Part shown: piece after piece, positions 20,512 through 28,991 of the stretch
How positions within the stretch are numbered: the stretch's first letter is position 1
Layout: every line of letters starts with the position of its first letter
IMG/VR virus record: IMGVR_UViG_3300028591_000017
Span: 29,677-93,676 of that record
Source: a virus
Lineage: Duplodnaviria > Caudoviricetes
Strand: one strand, 5' to 3'
Length of the DNA stretch: 64,000 nucleotides
The notes under the pieces: model-generated
What the model saw: only the letters and a program-made list of their open reading frames with translations
What the model was told of the DNA's origin: nothing
The model's database searches: none
Position numbers and translations under genes: made by a program

Positions 20512-21241
20512 ACAAATCCTTAAGCTTACCAAACAATCTATTTATCTCAGACAGATCGTCGTTAGCATTATTAGTTCTATCGCTTATAGCCTGAGTCATC
20601 AAACCAAGCTCCTTGCTGTATATGAACTCCTTAAGCTGTGCTATTATGTTCGATGGGCATTCATATGGTGCATTGTAATCGTACTCTATATAACCAGTAT
20701 TGGTAAGTATGTTCTGCACTTCTGTAGGTACCTCAAATATAGCCTTAAGGTTTACAAGTTTGATAGGAAGTAATGATTCTATATACAGATAGTCTTCCTT
20801 CATGTATGCGACTATATCAAACTTAGTCCATTTACGATGCCTCTGTCTTACAGCTCTACTCTCAGGCATCAGCTGTATCTCCTTGCCAGATATTGTAGTG
20901 AGCTGCACTATTCCGTTCTTGAAGTGAAGGTCTATGGTCTTTGGTATCTTAGTCTTAGATCTAAACACCAACAGCTTTAAGTCTCTTCCAGATAGGTCGC
21001 CATAGTCAAATGGCTCCATCTCAAGTCCATTCACCTCTTGAACATATGTTTCATTCACATATCTCCCTCTATCCAGATCCTGCTTCAAAAGCATAGATCT
21101 GTATTGATGTATCCACATCTCAATCTGGTTTCTGGATATCTGTTCAGACTGTGCAATATTATTGCCTCTGATTACATTCATGATATCCTGAATGATTGTG
21201 TTAAGGGAGTTATAATGTATATAACCTATGTTAGTATCCAT
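20483..21241 (-). CDS. Tail ring/neck protein
   Basis: 'ISRNQIEMWIHQYRSMLLKQ' and 'KAIFEVPTEV...YECP' crAss ring-like pattern; synteny. Confidence 0.65.
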   Translation of the reverse strand: MDTNIGYIHYNSLNTIIQDIMNVIRGNNIAQSEQISRNQIEMWIHQYRSMLLKQDLDRGRYVNETYVQEVNGLEMEPFDYGDLSGRDLKLLVFRSKTKIPKTIDLHFKNGIVQLTTISGKEIQLMPESRAVRQRHRKWTKFDIVAYMKEDYLYIESLLPIKLVNLKAIFEVPTEVQNILTNTGYIEYDYNAPYECPSNIIAQLKEFIYSKELGLMTQAISDRTNNANDDLSEINRLFGKLKDLYDKRSRLDS

Positions 21242-21285
21242 TTTATTCGTTTTAAGACGTTTTATCTACCTTATGGAACAACTTA

Positions 21286-21310
21286 AGGCGCTCCGTAATA
21301 GAACGCCTCA
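21286..21310 (-). terminator. Possible intrinsic terminator after lysis genes
   Basis: AGGCGcTC-cgtaata-GAACGCCT imperfect inverted repeat in the intergenic gap. Confidence 0.4.
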
Positions 21311-21332
21311 AATCGCCTAAAAATGGCCTCAT

Positions 21333-21908
21333 TTAACGTGTTGCAGCAACACCATAAACTACGCCACCAACTATGATAGCAGAGCCAACTCCAATCCAGA
21401 ACTTATTCCTATTCCACCAGTTGTTCTTCTTCTTAAGTTGCTTATTGAGATCTACTATGTTGTTATTAAGTTCACCTATTGTGATGTTCTTAATTGCAAC
21501 TATAGAGTCTGTAGCTATAACCTTCTCTTCAAGAAGAACAACCTCATCCCTGAGTGCGTCATTAGCATTCTCAAGTGTTGTTATCACTGTATCGGCTGCT
21601 GCTATAACAGAATCGCACACATTGGTTGATTCTGTGATCGTTTCTTTAATTGTATTGTACTTAACTATAACCTTAGACTTAGCATTGTCAAGAGAATCGG
21701 CTCTATGCTTGACCCGAACAAGCTGGTCATCTAGCTCCTTTATTCTCGCCTCCATAGAGGCCGTTTTTACGCTGTCTAAGGCGTTAATAGTATCGACTGG
21801 TACAACTTTACCATTGTCACTATCACAACGCACCAAACAGCCTAAAATAAGGCCTATTATAAACATCGCTAAGTAGTAGATAAGTACAGCCTTGATATTA
21901 ATCTTCAT
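21333..21908 (-). CDS. Spanin-like membrane protein (N-terminal hydrophobic segment/lipobox-like LGC, coiled coil, C-terminal TM)
   Basis: Hydrophobic N-terminus ending GLILGC, heptad-rich middle, C-terminal FWIGVGSAIIVGGVVYGV; follows holin. Confidence 0.55.
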   Translation of the reverse strand: MKINIKAVLIYYLAMFIIGLILGCLVRCDSDNGKVVPVDTINALDSVKTASMEARIKELDDQLVRVKHRADSLDNAKSKVIVKYNTIKETITESTNVCDSVIAAADTVITTLENANDALRDEVVLLEEKVIATDSIVAIKNITIGELNNNIVDLNKQLKKKNNWWNRNKFWIGVGSAIIVGGVVYGVAATR

Positions 21909-22368
21909 CTATGTCTACTCCTGTTAAGTCCTCTGCCTTGTTATTTACGAATCTCTTGATTATCCTGAATATCTTTGCATCGCTTATATCGCACATATTC
22001 TCAAGCCAACTCGAGAACTCTACTAAACATACAAGCAAACACATACCCTTTGTTAGCATCATAGATTCACTGTCTAATACATGGTTATCCAGGAAGAATA
22101 GTAAGACTGCGCCTATCACAACGCCTATTATCTTACTAATGGTATTCCATGCTTTCTTACTCTTGAACTGATACTTCTTACCAGATTTCTTAGCTCTCTT
22201 GGCATATGCAACATTTCCTGTTACGAAGTCTACGCCAATAAATACTAGCATAAGTATAAGTATTGGTGCTATTGGTGAGAAGTATGAGCATATGAAACTT
22301 ACAACATATATTAATATCTTGTTTATGTTAGTTAATATTGTGTTTAACATTTTATTAAAATATGACAT
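21898..22368 (-). CDS. Holin (phage holin 4/TcdE-like)
   Basis: About three TM segments; 'DFVTG', 'FKSKKAWNTISK' and 'EFSSWLEN' motifs. Confidence 0.85.
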   Translation of the reverse strand: MSYFNKMLNTILTNINKILIYVVSFICSYFSPIAPILILMLVFIGVDFVTGNVAYAKRAKKSGKKYQFKSKKAWNTISKIIGVVIGAVLLFFLDNHVLDSESMMLTKGMCLLVCLVEFSSWLENMCDISDAKIFRIIKRFVNNKAEDLTGVDIDED

Positions 22369-22576
22369 ACGATACCGGGTTTATTTTGTCCATAACAAAC
22401 ATACCTACAGTAGCATGTATCTTTCTATTTTTGTCCGCGACTACAGGCAGTGTGTCAAACTCATCCGAGATGAATTTATCTCTCATATCTGAAGATACTG
22501 TATCTGCAAACTCACTGCCATCTATAGTTATACAGACTACATCCTCATCTATCTTGACATCCCACTTGGTTATCAT
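22355..22576 (-). CDS. Hypothetical protein (73 aa)
   Basis: ORF overlaps both neighbours in the operon. Confidence 0.5.
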   Translation of the reverse strand: MITKWDVKIDEDVVCITIDGSEFADTVSSDMRDKFISDEFDTLPVVADKNRKIHATVGMFVMDKINPVSYVIF

Positions 22577-23013
22577 ATCACCTCCCGCTCTATTTTTCTT
22601 GGATTATAAACAGGTCCTCTTGCAATTCTTCTGTCATCACCATCGTCAGCAAAGATTGTATTCTCAAGTTCTATGATAGCTGGAGACTCTATACTATAGA
22701 GCTCGCCATCCTTAAAGAACTCGATTCTAAATCTAAGCAATCCTGGATCAAACATGAAGCTACTGTCTGAGTCTATTGTAAACTCAAGTGTTCTGTCTGT
22801 ATTATCTATAATAGCAATACCATTCTCAATAGATGCTGTAAACACATATCTATTCTTATTAGTGAATGCCATTATACGAATGTTGTCATAGGATGTAAGA
22901 TCAGCAAACTCGTCGTTTATGCTGCCAACCTTCATCTTAAACTTAAGCGTATCACCTATGAATCGCTTACACACCCTTCTTTCAGGTGCCTTCTTCATTT
23001 CCTTAGGAAACAT
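22573..23013 (-). CDS. Beta-rich tail/fibre adaptor-like (BppU N-terminal-like) protein
   Basis: 'RFIGDTLKF...DLTSYDNI...FTIDSDSS..FDPGLLRFRIEF' pattern; resembles the N-terminus of 31600..32664. Confidence 0.5.
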   Translation of the reverse strand: MFPKEMKKAPERRVCKRFIGDTLKFKMKVGSINDEFADLTSYDNIRIMAFTNKNRYVFTASIENGIAIIDNTDRTLEFTIDSDSSFMFDPGLLRFRIEFFKDGELYSIESPAIIELENTIFADDGDDRRIARGPVYNPRKIEREVI

Positions 23014-23065
23014 GTTTTTAGATTTAATTAGTTATATACTCGATAAAGATGGATGTATAAGTATA

Positions 23066-23470
23066 CTATCCAATCTTTAATTCCTGCCTTCTATTTCTTG
23101 GGCTGTAACTTACATGAACCCAATTGAAACCATATTCATTGATCAACTGATCAAATGGAAGGTTAAGCTTCTTTATTAGATCATATAGCTTCTTGTTCTC
23201 CTCTGGAGTATCCTTGACTGTACGTATATCAGCGGCCTCTCCAGTCTTATGTTGACTAGTAGAACTGCCACCTACGGCTCTATTCAACTTAGGGCATCTA
23301 TAAGCTGAATCTACGATAATAGGAGCTCCATATGCTTCTCTGAGCGGATCCAAGATTAGCTCTATAAGCAATGTGAGTCTCTTCTTAACAGCCTCAGTTG
23401 GTGTATTATCTATCTTCTTTCTAGCTGCTGTCTTTGACTTACACAGCTCATTGATTGTAAAATACTTCAT
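23066..23470 (-). CDS. Endolysin, peptidase M15A (Zn D-Ala-D-Ala carboxypeptidase-like)
   Basis: MKYFTINEL..., 'SAYRCPKLNRAVGGSSTSQHKTGEAAD', 'FDQLINE..WVHVS'; ATG at 23470. Confidence 0.92.
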   Translation of the reverse strand: MKYFTINELCKSKTAARKKIDNTPTEAVKKRLTLLIELILDPLREAYGAPIIVDSAYRCPKLNRAVGGSSTSQHKTGEAADIRTVKDTPEENKKLYDLIKKLNLPFDQLINEYGFNWVHVSYSPRNRRQELKIG

Positions 23471-23471
23471 A

Positions 23472-24056
23472 TTACTGTATGTTAAATACTGGCTTATCCG
23501 GATATCCGGTGGTAAAGTCATAGTTCTGAATCTCCTCAATTGTGTTCAATGCCTTTATCGCCATCTTATGTTCAAATGTTCTCTGCATACACTTTATTGC
23601 ATACACCTCAACATCTTTGAATATAAGCCTCATGGTTGCAATTGGTATGTTAACAACACCAATCTTCTCATCGCACAATGGATATGTGGTATTACCCTCA
23701 GCCTCCCATTTATCTACAGCTCTCTCTAATGCTGTTCTATCATCTTTGTCGGCCCATAAACCAACTTCTCCAAGATAGAACTCATTAACAGCAGTAGATT
23801 TATCGTATGTATCCAATTGAGCCAATCGCATCATTCTAACATCCTCTATATCCTGATTGTAGTGAACAGTTATAGATGTATCATCCTCTGTTATTGTATA
23901 GTTGTTTGTCATAGCTCCATCCTTCACTATCATTTTGTACCCGTGCTGTAGCATCAGCGCTGGGTCGGTAGTGAATACCATAGAATCACCATCTATAAGC
24001 CTGTCTGGAGCGTATTCTATACAACCGCTAACTAGTTTTCCAAATTTAGTATTCAT
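23472..24056 (-). CDS. Tail fibre assembly/chaperone protein (DUF4376-like)
   Basis: 'YDKSTAVNEF', 'EVYAIKC..RT.EHK.AI..L.TIEEI..YDFTTGYP'. Confidence 0.75.
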   Translation of the reverse strand: MNTKFGKLVSGCIEYAPDRLIDGDSMVFTTDPALMLQHGYKMIVKDGAMTNNYTITEDDTSITVHYNQDIEDVRMMRLAQLDTYDKSTAVNEFYLGEVGLWADKDDRTALERAVDKWEAEGNTTYPLCDEKIGVVNIPIATMRLIFKDVEVYAIKCMQRTFEHKMAIKALNTIEEIQNYDFTTGYPDKPVFNIQ

Positions 24057-24074
24057 ATTATTTATTGTTTAAAA

Positions 24075-25361
24075 TCAACTCCAGTTGCCGTAAGTGGCAA
24101 ATGCCGTACTAGTATAACTCTGATAAAGTATACCACTAGTCCTTTCATACATACCAACTTTACCGTCCCATTTTCTAACTGCTGGCTGGTAATCTCTTTG
24201 AAGTACGTCGTTCACCCACATTTTACACTCTCCTACTCTACCATAGTCCCTTGTGCTGCTTGCATATTGATTATTTTGGTTCAATGCGAACAATGTAATG
24301 ATAGAGTGGCTTTGGAATGTAGTTTCTGGGATAGATACTGTTTCCACATTCCCGTTTTGATCTGTTCTTGTTACATGGTCTGGGAATGTTTCTATTGTAT
24401 AGACATTATTAATATCTGCTATTCCAAACCTATAGGCATCTGTAGCAGAGTTTGCATAGTCTAATGTTGTTCTGCCAGACGCATTACTACTGCTTGAACA
24501 TAGGCGGCATAAGAATTGGTTTCGGTTAACTGCATCTCTTGAGCCGAAGATAAAGAAACGGTTAGTCTGAGTAAGCTGACCTTTTATCTTTACCTTTACA
24601 TTGCTACCTCCATTTATACCTGTTCCTATGTATTGCTGCCCAAGATAGCCAGAAGTAACAGTATTTTCCAAATAGTCATAATAGTCGTACTCATCAGCGA
24701 AGTTACCAACGTTGAAGTCGTATTCGTTCTCTGAATGATAGAAAACATCATTGATAGCGTCGTAGTAACCAGTCCTTCCGTCATTCCTTCTAGCAGGTTT
24801 AAGCTCCATTAGGGGTTCAGTATCCTCATATAACTCTATGGCACTCATCTTAACCCCTGCAATTTTATTTACAGGACTATTAGAGCTGGCCGTACCTATC
24901 GGAGCGTCATTATGGTTAATAGCGAATAGATACATGTTAAATGGAACCGTGAACTCCGTTCCATCCCAAGTTCTTGTTTGATCTCCTGTAGCAGTACCAG
25001 GTCTTTTTCTCACCCATTCCATAGAGGTGTTAGCAACAACATTATACCAATCATAAGCGAATGAGTTACCGAAGTTCTGGACGCTATTGCCTGTTCTTGA
25101 GAAGATGCTACCGCCTGAGGTGGTATTCTGAAACCAATAAAATACTGCAGTACGGTTACTATTACGACTGCCAAACAATATGCACTCCTGCGTAATAGTA
25201 GGAACTGAGTATCTGAGTTTTAAGCGAGTTCTATTGTTCGGCTGATAAGGCAGTATTATATACTCTCCATTACCTGTATGTTCTAGATAATCAAAGAATT
25301 CGTATGTTGCGTTTCTTTGATTACCAAGCAACGACATAAATATTCTATTTACCTTATTCAT
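24075..25361 (-). CDS. Tail-tip/receptor-binding protein with two tandem LamG/ConA-like domains
   Basis: Internal duplication: 'DYLEHTG..EYI' and 'DYLENT...QYI'; 'PARRNDGRTGYYD' and 'PAVRKWDGKVGMYE'. Confidence 0.65.
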   Translation of the reverse strand: MNKVNRIFMSLLGNQRNATYEFFDYLEHTGNGEYIILPYQPNNRTRLKLRYSVPTITQECILFGSRNSNRTAVFYWFQNTTSGGSIFSRTGNSVQNFGNSFAYDWYNVVANTSMEWVRKRPGTATGDQTRTWDGTEFTVPFNMYLFAINHNDAPIGTASSNSPVNKIAGVKMSAIELYEDTEPLMELKPARRNDGRTGYYDAINDVFYHSENEYDFNVGNFADEYDYYDYLENTVTSGYLGQQYIGTGINGGSNVKVKIKGQLTQTNRFFIFGSRDAVNRNQFLCRLCSSSSNASGRTTLDYANSATDAYRFGIADINNVYTIETFPDHVTRTDQNGNVETVSIPETTFQSHSIITLFALNQNNQYASSTRDYGRVGECKMWVNDVLQRDYQPAVRKWDGKVGMYERTSGILYQSYTSTAFATYGNWS

Positions 25362-25363
25362 AA

Positions 25364-27178
25364 CTATTGTGATAAATCATACTTTGTCCATACTACATAA
25401 TTGGCCTTAACTCCGATTATCCAGTGTTCGTTATTACCAAAGACTGGTGTTTCTGCAAACCTAAATGCAATAGGGAACTGTATTGTTACAGGACCAGACG
25501 CTACGGTTGAAAACTCTATAATACAGTCTGCATAGTATCTAAACTCCTTGTTTGATATTAGCTGTGTAGCATAGTGTATTGTATTCGTCTTTAGGTCAGT
25601 TACTCCACCATTGGTGAATATCTCAGTGTAAGTAACCATATCACTAAGCCTATGACCATTTAAATACATCCTCTCGTCTGGAGCTAACGTACCTCCATCG
25701 ACAGTTACCGTACCGGCTCCGTCGTTTATATTGAGTTCAACTTCGTTATATTGGTATTCATTATCGTCATACGATGTTCTTATGATAAGCGTATCATTTC
25801 CAAGGGCGTCACGTAATATAACTTCGCCTGTATCTGGATAAGATTCTCCAGGATATGGTTTTTGCACATGAGCGGTAATTAGATCAGCATAACCACCATT
25901 CTGGAATGATGTATAATACTCAACCTCCTCATATCCGTTATATGAGCCATCTCTATCGTCAGCCACATTCTTTCTCCATGAGTAAATAAGATCGTATCCA
26001 CTATTGCAGATATCCGTGCTTATTATAGACGTTAGATATGTATGGCCGTCTCTGATTGTCGTACTTCTGCCCAAGGTTGTATACCAAAAGTCATTGCCCT
26101 GTGGTGTTCTACCATCTAGGCTCCATGTTGGAGTAAAAGCTGCATCATCAACCTGCACATCTGGATATTCTGGAAGCGTAGGGATAGTTTTATCTATACT
26201 TGGTGTGTCGAAAAAGTATGTTCCAAATGGGCCATCTAGTGATGCATACTGTATTCCATCTTGACCTATTGTAAAGAGCCCATCACCATCTGTATCATAG
26301 AGTCTGACTAACTTCATTCCGTTCTTTGTTTCGGATTGAGCAATCTTTACATCAGACATCTTAACTATACCCTTACCATTGGTTCTAGAGCTTATATCTA
26401 TCTGTTTATTACCATTCTCATCCTTAAGAACTATTTGACCATTTAGGATATTGGTAGAACCCTTATCTCCGTTTACCTGCAGCTTAATGCTATGCGTACT
26501 ACTATTGCTGTCGCTACGCATATCTATATACGGCTTACTGCTTGCACCAGATATTACAACTGTACGGTAACCATTATCAAGGTCCTTGAGACTAAGTTCG
26601 CCATTCTGTATAATGGTTTGATATGTACGCCAGCTGTTGTTTATAGCATCCAGTGTAATAAGCTTCTCATAATCACCTGAGCTATTGTAGTCTCCCAACC
26701 ATATCTTACCACTCTGTATCCTAGTTTGACCATTTATAGTCTCTGCAGCTTCGAGAGATATCTTACCTGGTTTATCACCATCTGTAGACATCTCTATATC
26801 AGTAGCACGTATTGATGTATCTGTTGTATAATCAAACTCTCCACTTACGTAGTTCTGGAACCTCAGTACATCATCAAGCCTCTGGTTAAACATCTCAGAT
26901 CTATCTGACGTTGATGATGTTCCATCCTGTACATATGTCTCTCTGGTCCCATCTTTATCTGTAATCCTTACTATGATACCAGTATCCTCTTGGTTTCTAA
27001 ATGCTTCTACAATTGGGCTGAATCCATCTTCACCTGGTGCACCATCCTTTCCTGGTTCTCCATCTTTTCCTATCTTACCATCTATACCATCCTTAGCACC
27101 ACCAAATGCTACATTGACTACATACTCAGGATGTATATCATTCATTAGACTTAACGTCCTGTGTCTGTTTTCATTCAT
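25364..27178 (-). CDS. Collagen-like tail fibre protein (604 aa)
   Basis: Gly-X-Y run GIDGKIGKDGEPGKDGAPGEDG; beta-repeat body. Confidence 0.75.
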   Translation of the reverse strand: MNENRHRTLSLMNDIHPEYVVNVAFGGAKDGIDGKIGKDGEPGKDGAPGEDGFSPIVEAFRNQEDTGIIVRITDKDGTRETYVQDGTSSTSDRSEMFNQRLDDVLRFQNYVSGEFDYTTDTSIRATDIEMSTDGDKPGKISLEAAETINGQTRIQSGKIWLGDYNSSGDYEKLITLDAINNSWRTYQTIIQNGELSLKDLDNGYRTVVISGASSKPYIDMRSDSNSSTHSIKLQVNGDKGSTNILNGQIVLKDENGNKQIDISSRTNGKGIVKMSDVKIAQSETKNGMKLVRLYDTDGDGLFTIGQDGIQYASLDGPFGTYFFDTPSIDKTIPTLPEYPDVQVDDAAFTPTWSLDGRTPQGNDFWYTTLGRSTTIRDGHTYLTSIISTDICNSGYDLIYSWRKNVADDRDGSYNGYEEVEYYTSFQNGGYADLITAHVQKPYPGESYPDTGEVILRDALGNDTLIIRTSYDDNEYQYNEVELNINDGAGTVTVDGGTLAPDERMYLNGHRLSDMVTYTEIFTNGGVTDLKTNTIHYATQLISNKEFRYYADCIIEFSTVASGPVTIQFPIAFRFAETPVFGNNEHWIIGVKANYVVWTKYDLSQ

Positions 27179-27183
27179 AATTA

Positions 27184-28323
27184 TTAAAAATCTTTATGAC
27201 ATATGGTACATTCATTGTTAGAGCGTTGTATAATGTGATGCAACTCACTCTCCTTATTAGCAGCGCTGCTATATCCAACTCTAAGTCCCATGTAATCAAG
27301 TAAGTTTATTGTAGTTATTGGAGTTTGTCCAGGTCTTAGTCCGTTTACAGCTTCAACTATTTCATTTATCTTGTTCATCATATCGAAAACAAGATTTGTA
27401 AACGCAACGTCTTCGTATATCTCATCTTCCTGACGATCCGGATAACCAAACGCTATGTCGCAATATATCGAACCGGATGCATCTACGACAAATGTGTTTT
27501 TTGCTACAGTATATGTGGTAGTCTGGCCGTTGATAACTTCTGTTCTCTTAAACCCATTTCCAATAACAAATGGACAATCCAAATACCCACCGCCTGGGTT
27601 TACTGCATCTGGAATACCCCTATTTGTTGCAGTGTTATCATTACCAATAATCAAGCAGTTGTTTCGTGTCGCAGATAATGCTGTTCCAACTAACAATGAA
27701 TTACTTGCTGTGCCAATCTTTACTGGCATAGTTCCTTGCGGTGTATTCTGAACTTGATATATATCCAAGCTTCCAGTTCCGATTACATGGTTCGTTATGT
27801 TTATTGTACCAGGTTCATCCTGGTTTAATGTAAGCGAACCAAACTGATCACCATTGTCATTTACAAACGACACTGGATAGTCGTATATGTTAGCATCAAG
27901 GCGCCATACAGAGCCATCCATAGCTGCGCTAATCGTATCTGAACCTTCTATTGTAGCAAGCTTAGCATATGAATTATCAAACCCTATTACATAATTGTTA
28001 TCAGCATCTCTATTTACAGTAATAGGTTCCGTACCAATTATAGGCAACTCCTGTGCTGTTACATCCTTACCATTGTATACAGAGAATTGCGTATAGATAA
28101 TCTCATTACCTTCATCATCCTTACCGTATACACCATATGTAGATGCCTGACCTGACCCTGTGTTTATACTGATAGGTGCTACTCTGGTAATACCATATCC
28201 TCTGGGACCTCTATCTCCCTTATCTCCTTTATCACCCTTATCACCTTCCTTGGTGCTATTAAAACGAACCTCAACAATGTTCTGCTGAGGCTCGTCTGGG
28301 TATGTAAAATTTATATTACTCAT
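27184..28323 (-). CDS. Collagen-like tail fibre protein (379 aa)
   Basis: GDKGDKGDKGDRGPRG; 'FVIGNG...NTFVVDASG' fibre-type segment. Confidence 0.7.
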   Translation of the reverse strand: MSNINFTYPDEPQQNIVEVRFNSTKEGDKGDKGDKGDRGPRGYGITRVAPISINTGSGQASTYGVYGKDDEGNEIIYTQFSVYNGKDVTAQELPIIGTEPITVNRDADNNYVIGFDNSYAKLATIEGSDTISAAMDGSVWRLDANIYDYPVSFVNDNGDQFGSLTLNQDEPGTINITNHVIGTGSLDIYQVQNTPQGTMPVKIGTASNSLLVGTALSATRNNCLIIGNDNTATNRGIPDAVNPGGGYLDCPFVIGNGFKRTEVINGQTTTYTVAKNTFVVDASGSIYCDIAFGYPDRQEDEIYEDVAFTNLVFDMMNKINEIVEAVNGLRPGQTPITTINLLDYMGLRVGYSSAANKESELHHIIQRSNNECTICHKDF

Positions 28324-28991
28324 AATTGTTGTTTACGTATCTCATTTATAGTTGCGCCAAGCTTGGCGTTATAGAATGCAACTATATCGTCTATATCACA
28401 ATCGAACATCCAACCATAATTAAGCAAATCTTTCGAATTAAAGCAATTTATGGTTTTTATATGATCGCTACTTCTGCTCACAGTATACTTCGGTGATATC
28501 ACATCAATAGCAGCGCAGAATATACGCTCATCAAACTTATGCTGTATTCCAATGCTAGATGCGTAGTCATATATATGTATATACGCCTCTGCTAAGCAGC
28601 AAATCGACTCCATGCTTCCGAATACAGCACCACTGTTTATTCTAAATCCTCTATCTAATGCATAGTACGAAGATAGGAAAACATCTGCACTATTATCTGA
28701 TATCATTTCATCAATTGTGCCAGTTTCTATATAAACATCATTGCAATCTATTATCAATACATATTTATACTTGAGGTGATTTTGTATGATATATTTCATA
28801 ACATCATACATCTTTTGCGAATTATGCTTTTTGCCATTCATAATTGACACTGCACAATACCTATCAGATATCGAATTGAAGTCATGATCTTTGTATGTGA
28901 TAATCAGGACGTCGTTGCGTGTTTGCTCAAATGCAAAATCGTCTTTTATCTTTAGCACATTCTTTATGCCTCCAGGGAAGTGAAATATCAT
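28320..28991 (-). CDS. GT-A glycosyltransferase resembling the PLOD (procollagen-lysine) glycosyltransferase domain
   Basis: Ordered motifs QK, VLIIDCNDV (DxxD), VFLSS, RINSGAVFG, FDERIF. Confidence 0.6.
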   Translation of the reverse strand: MIFHFPGGIKNVLKIKDDFAFEQTRNDVLIITYKDHDFNSISDRYCAVSIMNGKKHNSQKMYDVMKYIIQNHLKYKYVLIIDCNDVYIETGTIDEMISDNSADVFLSSYYALDRGFRINSGAVFGSMESICCLAEAYIHIYDYASSIGIQHKFDERIFCAAIDVISPKYTVSRSSDHIKTINCFNSKDLLNYGWMFDCDIDDIVAFYNAKLGATINEIRKQQL

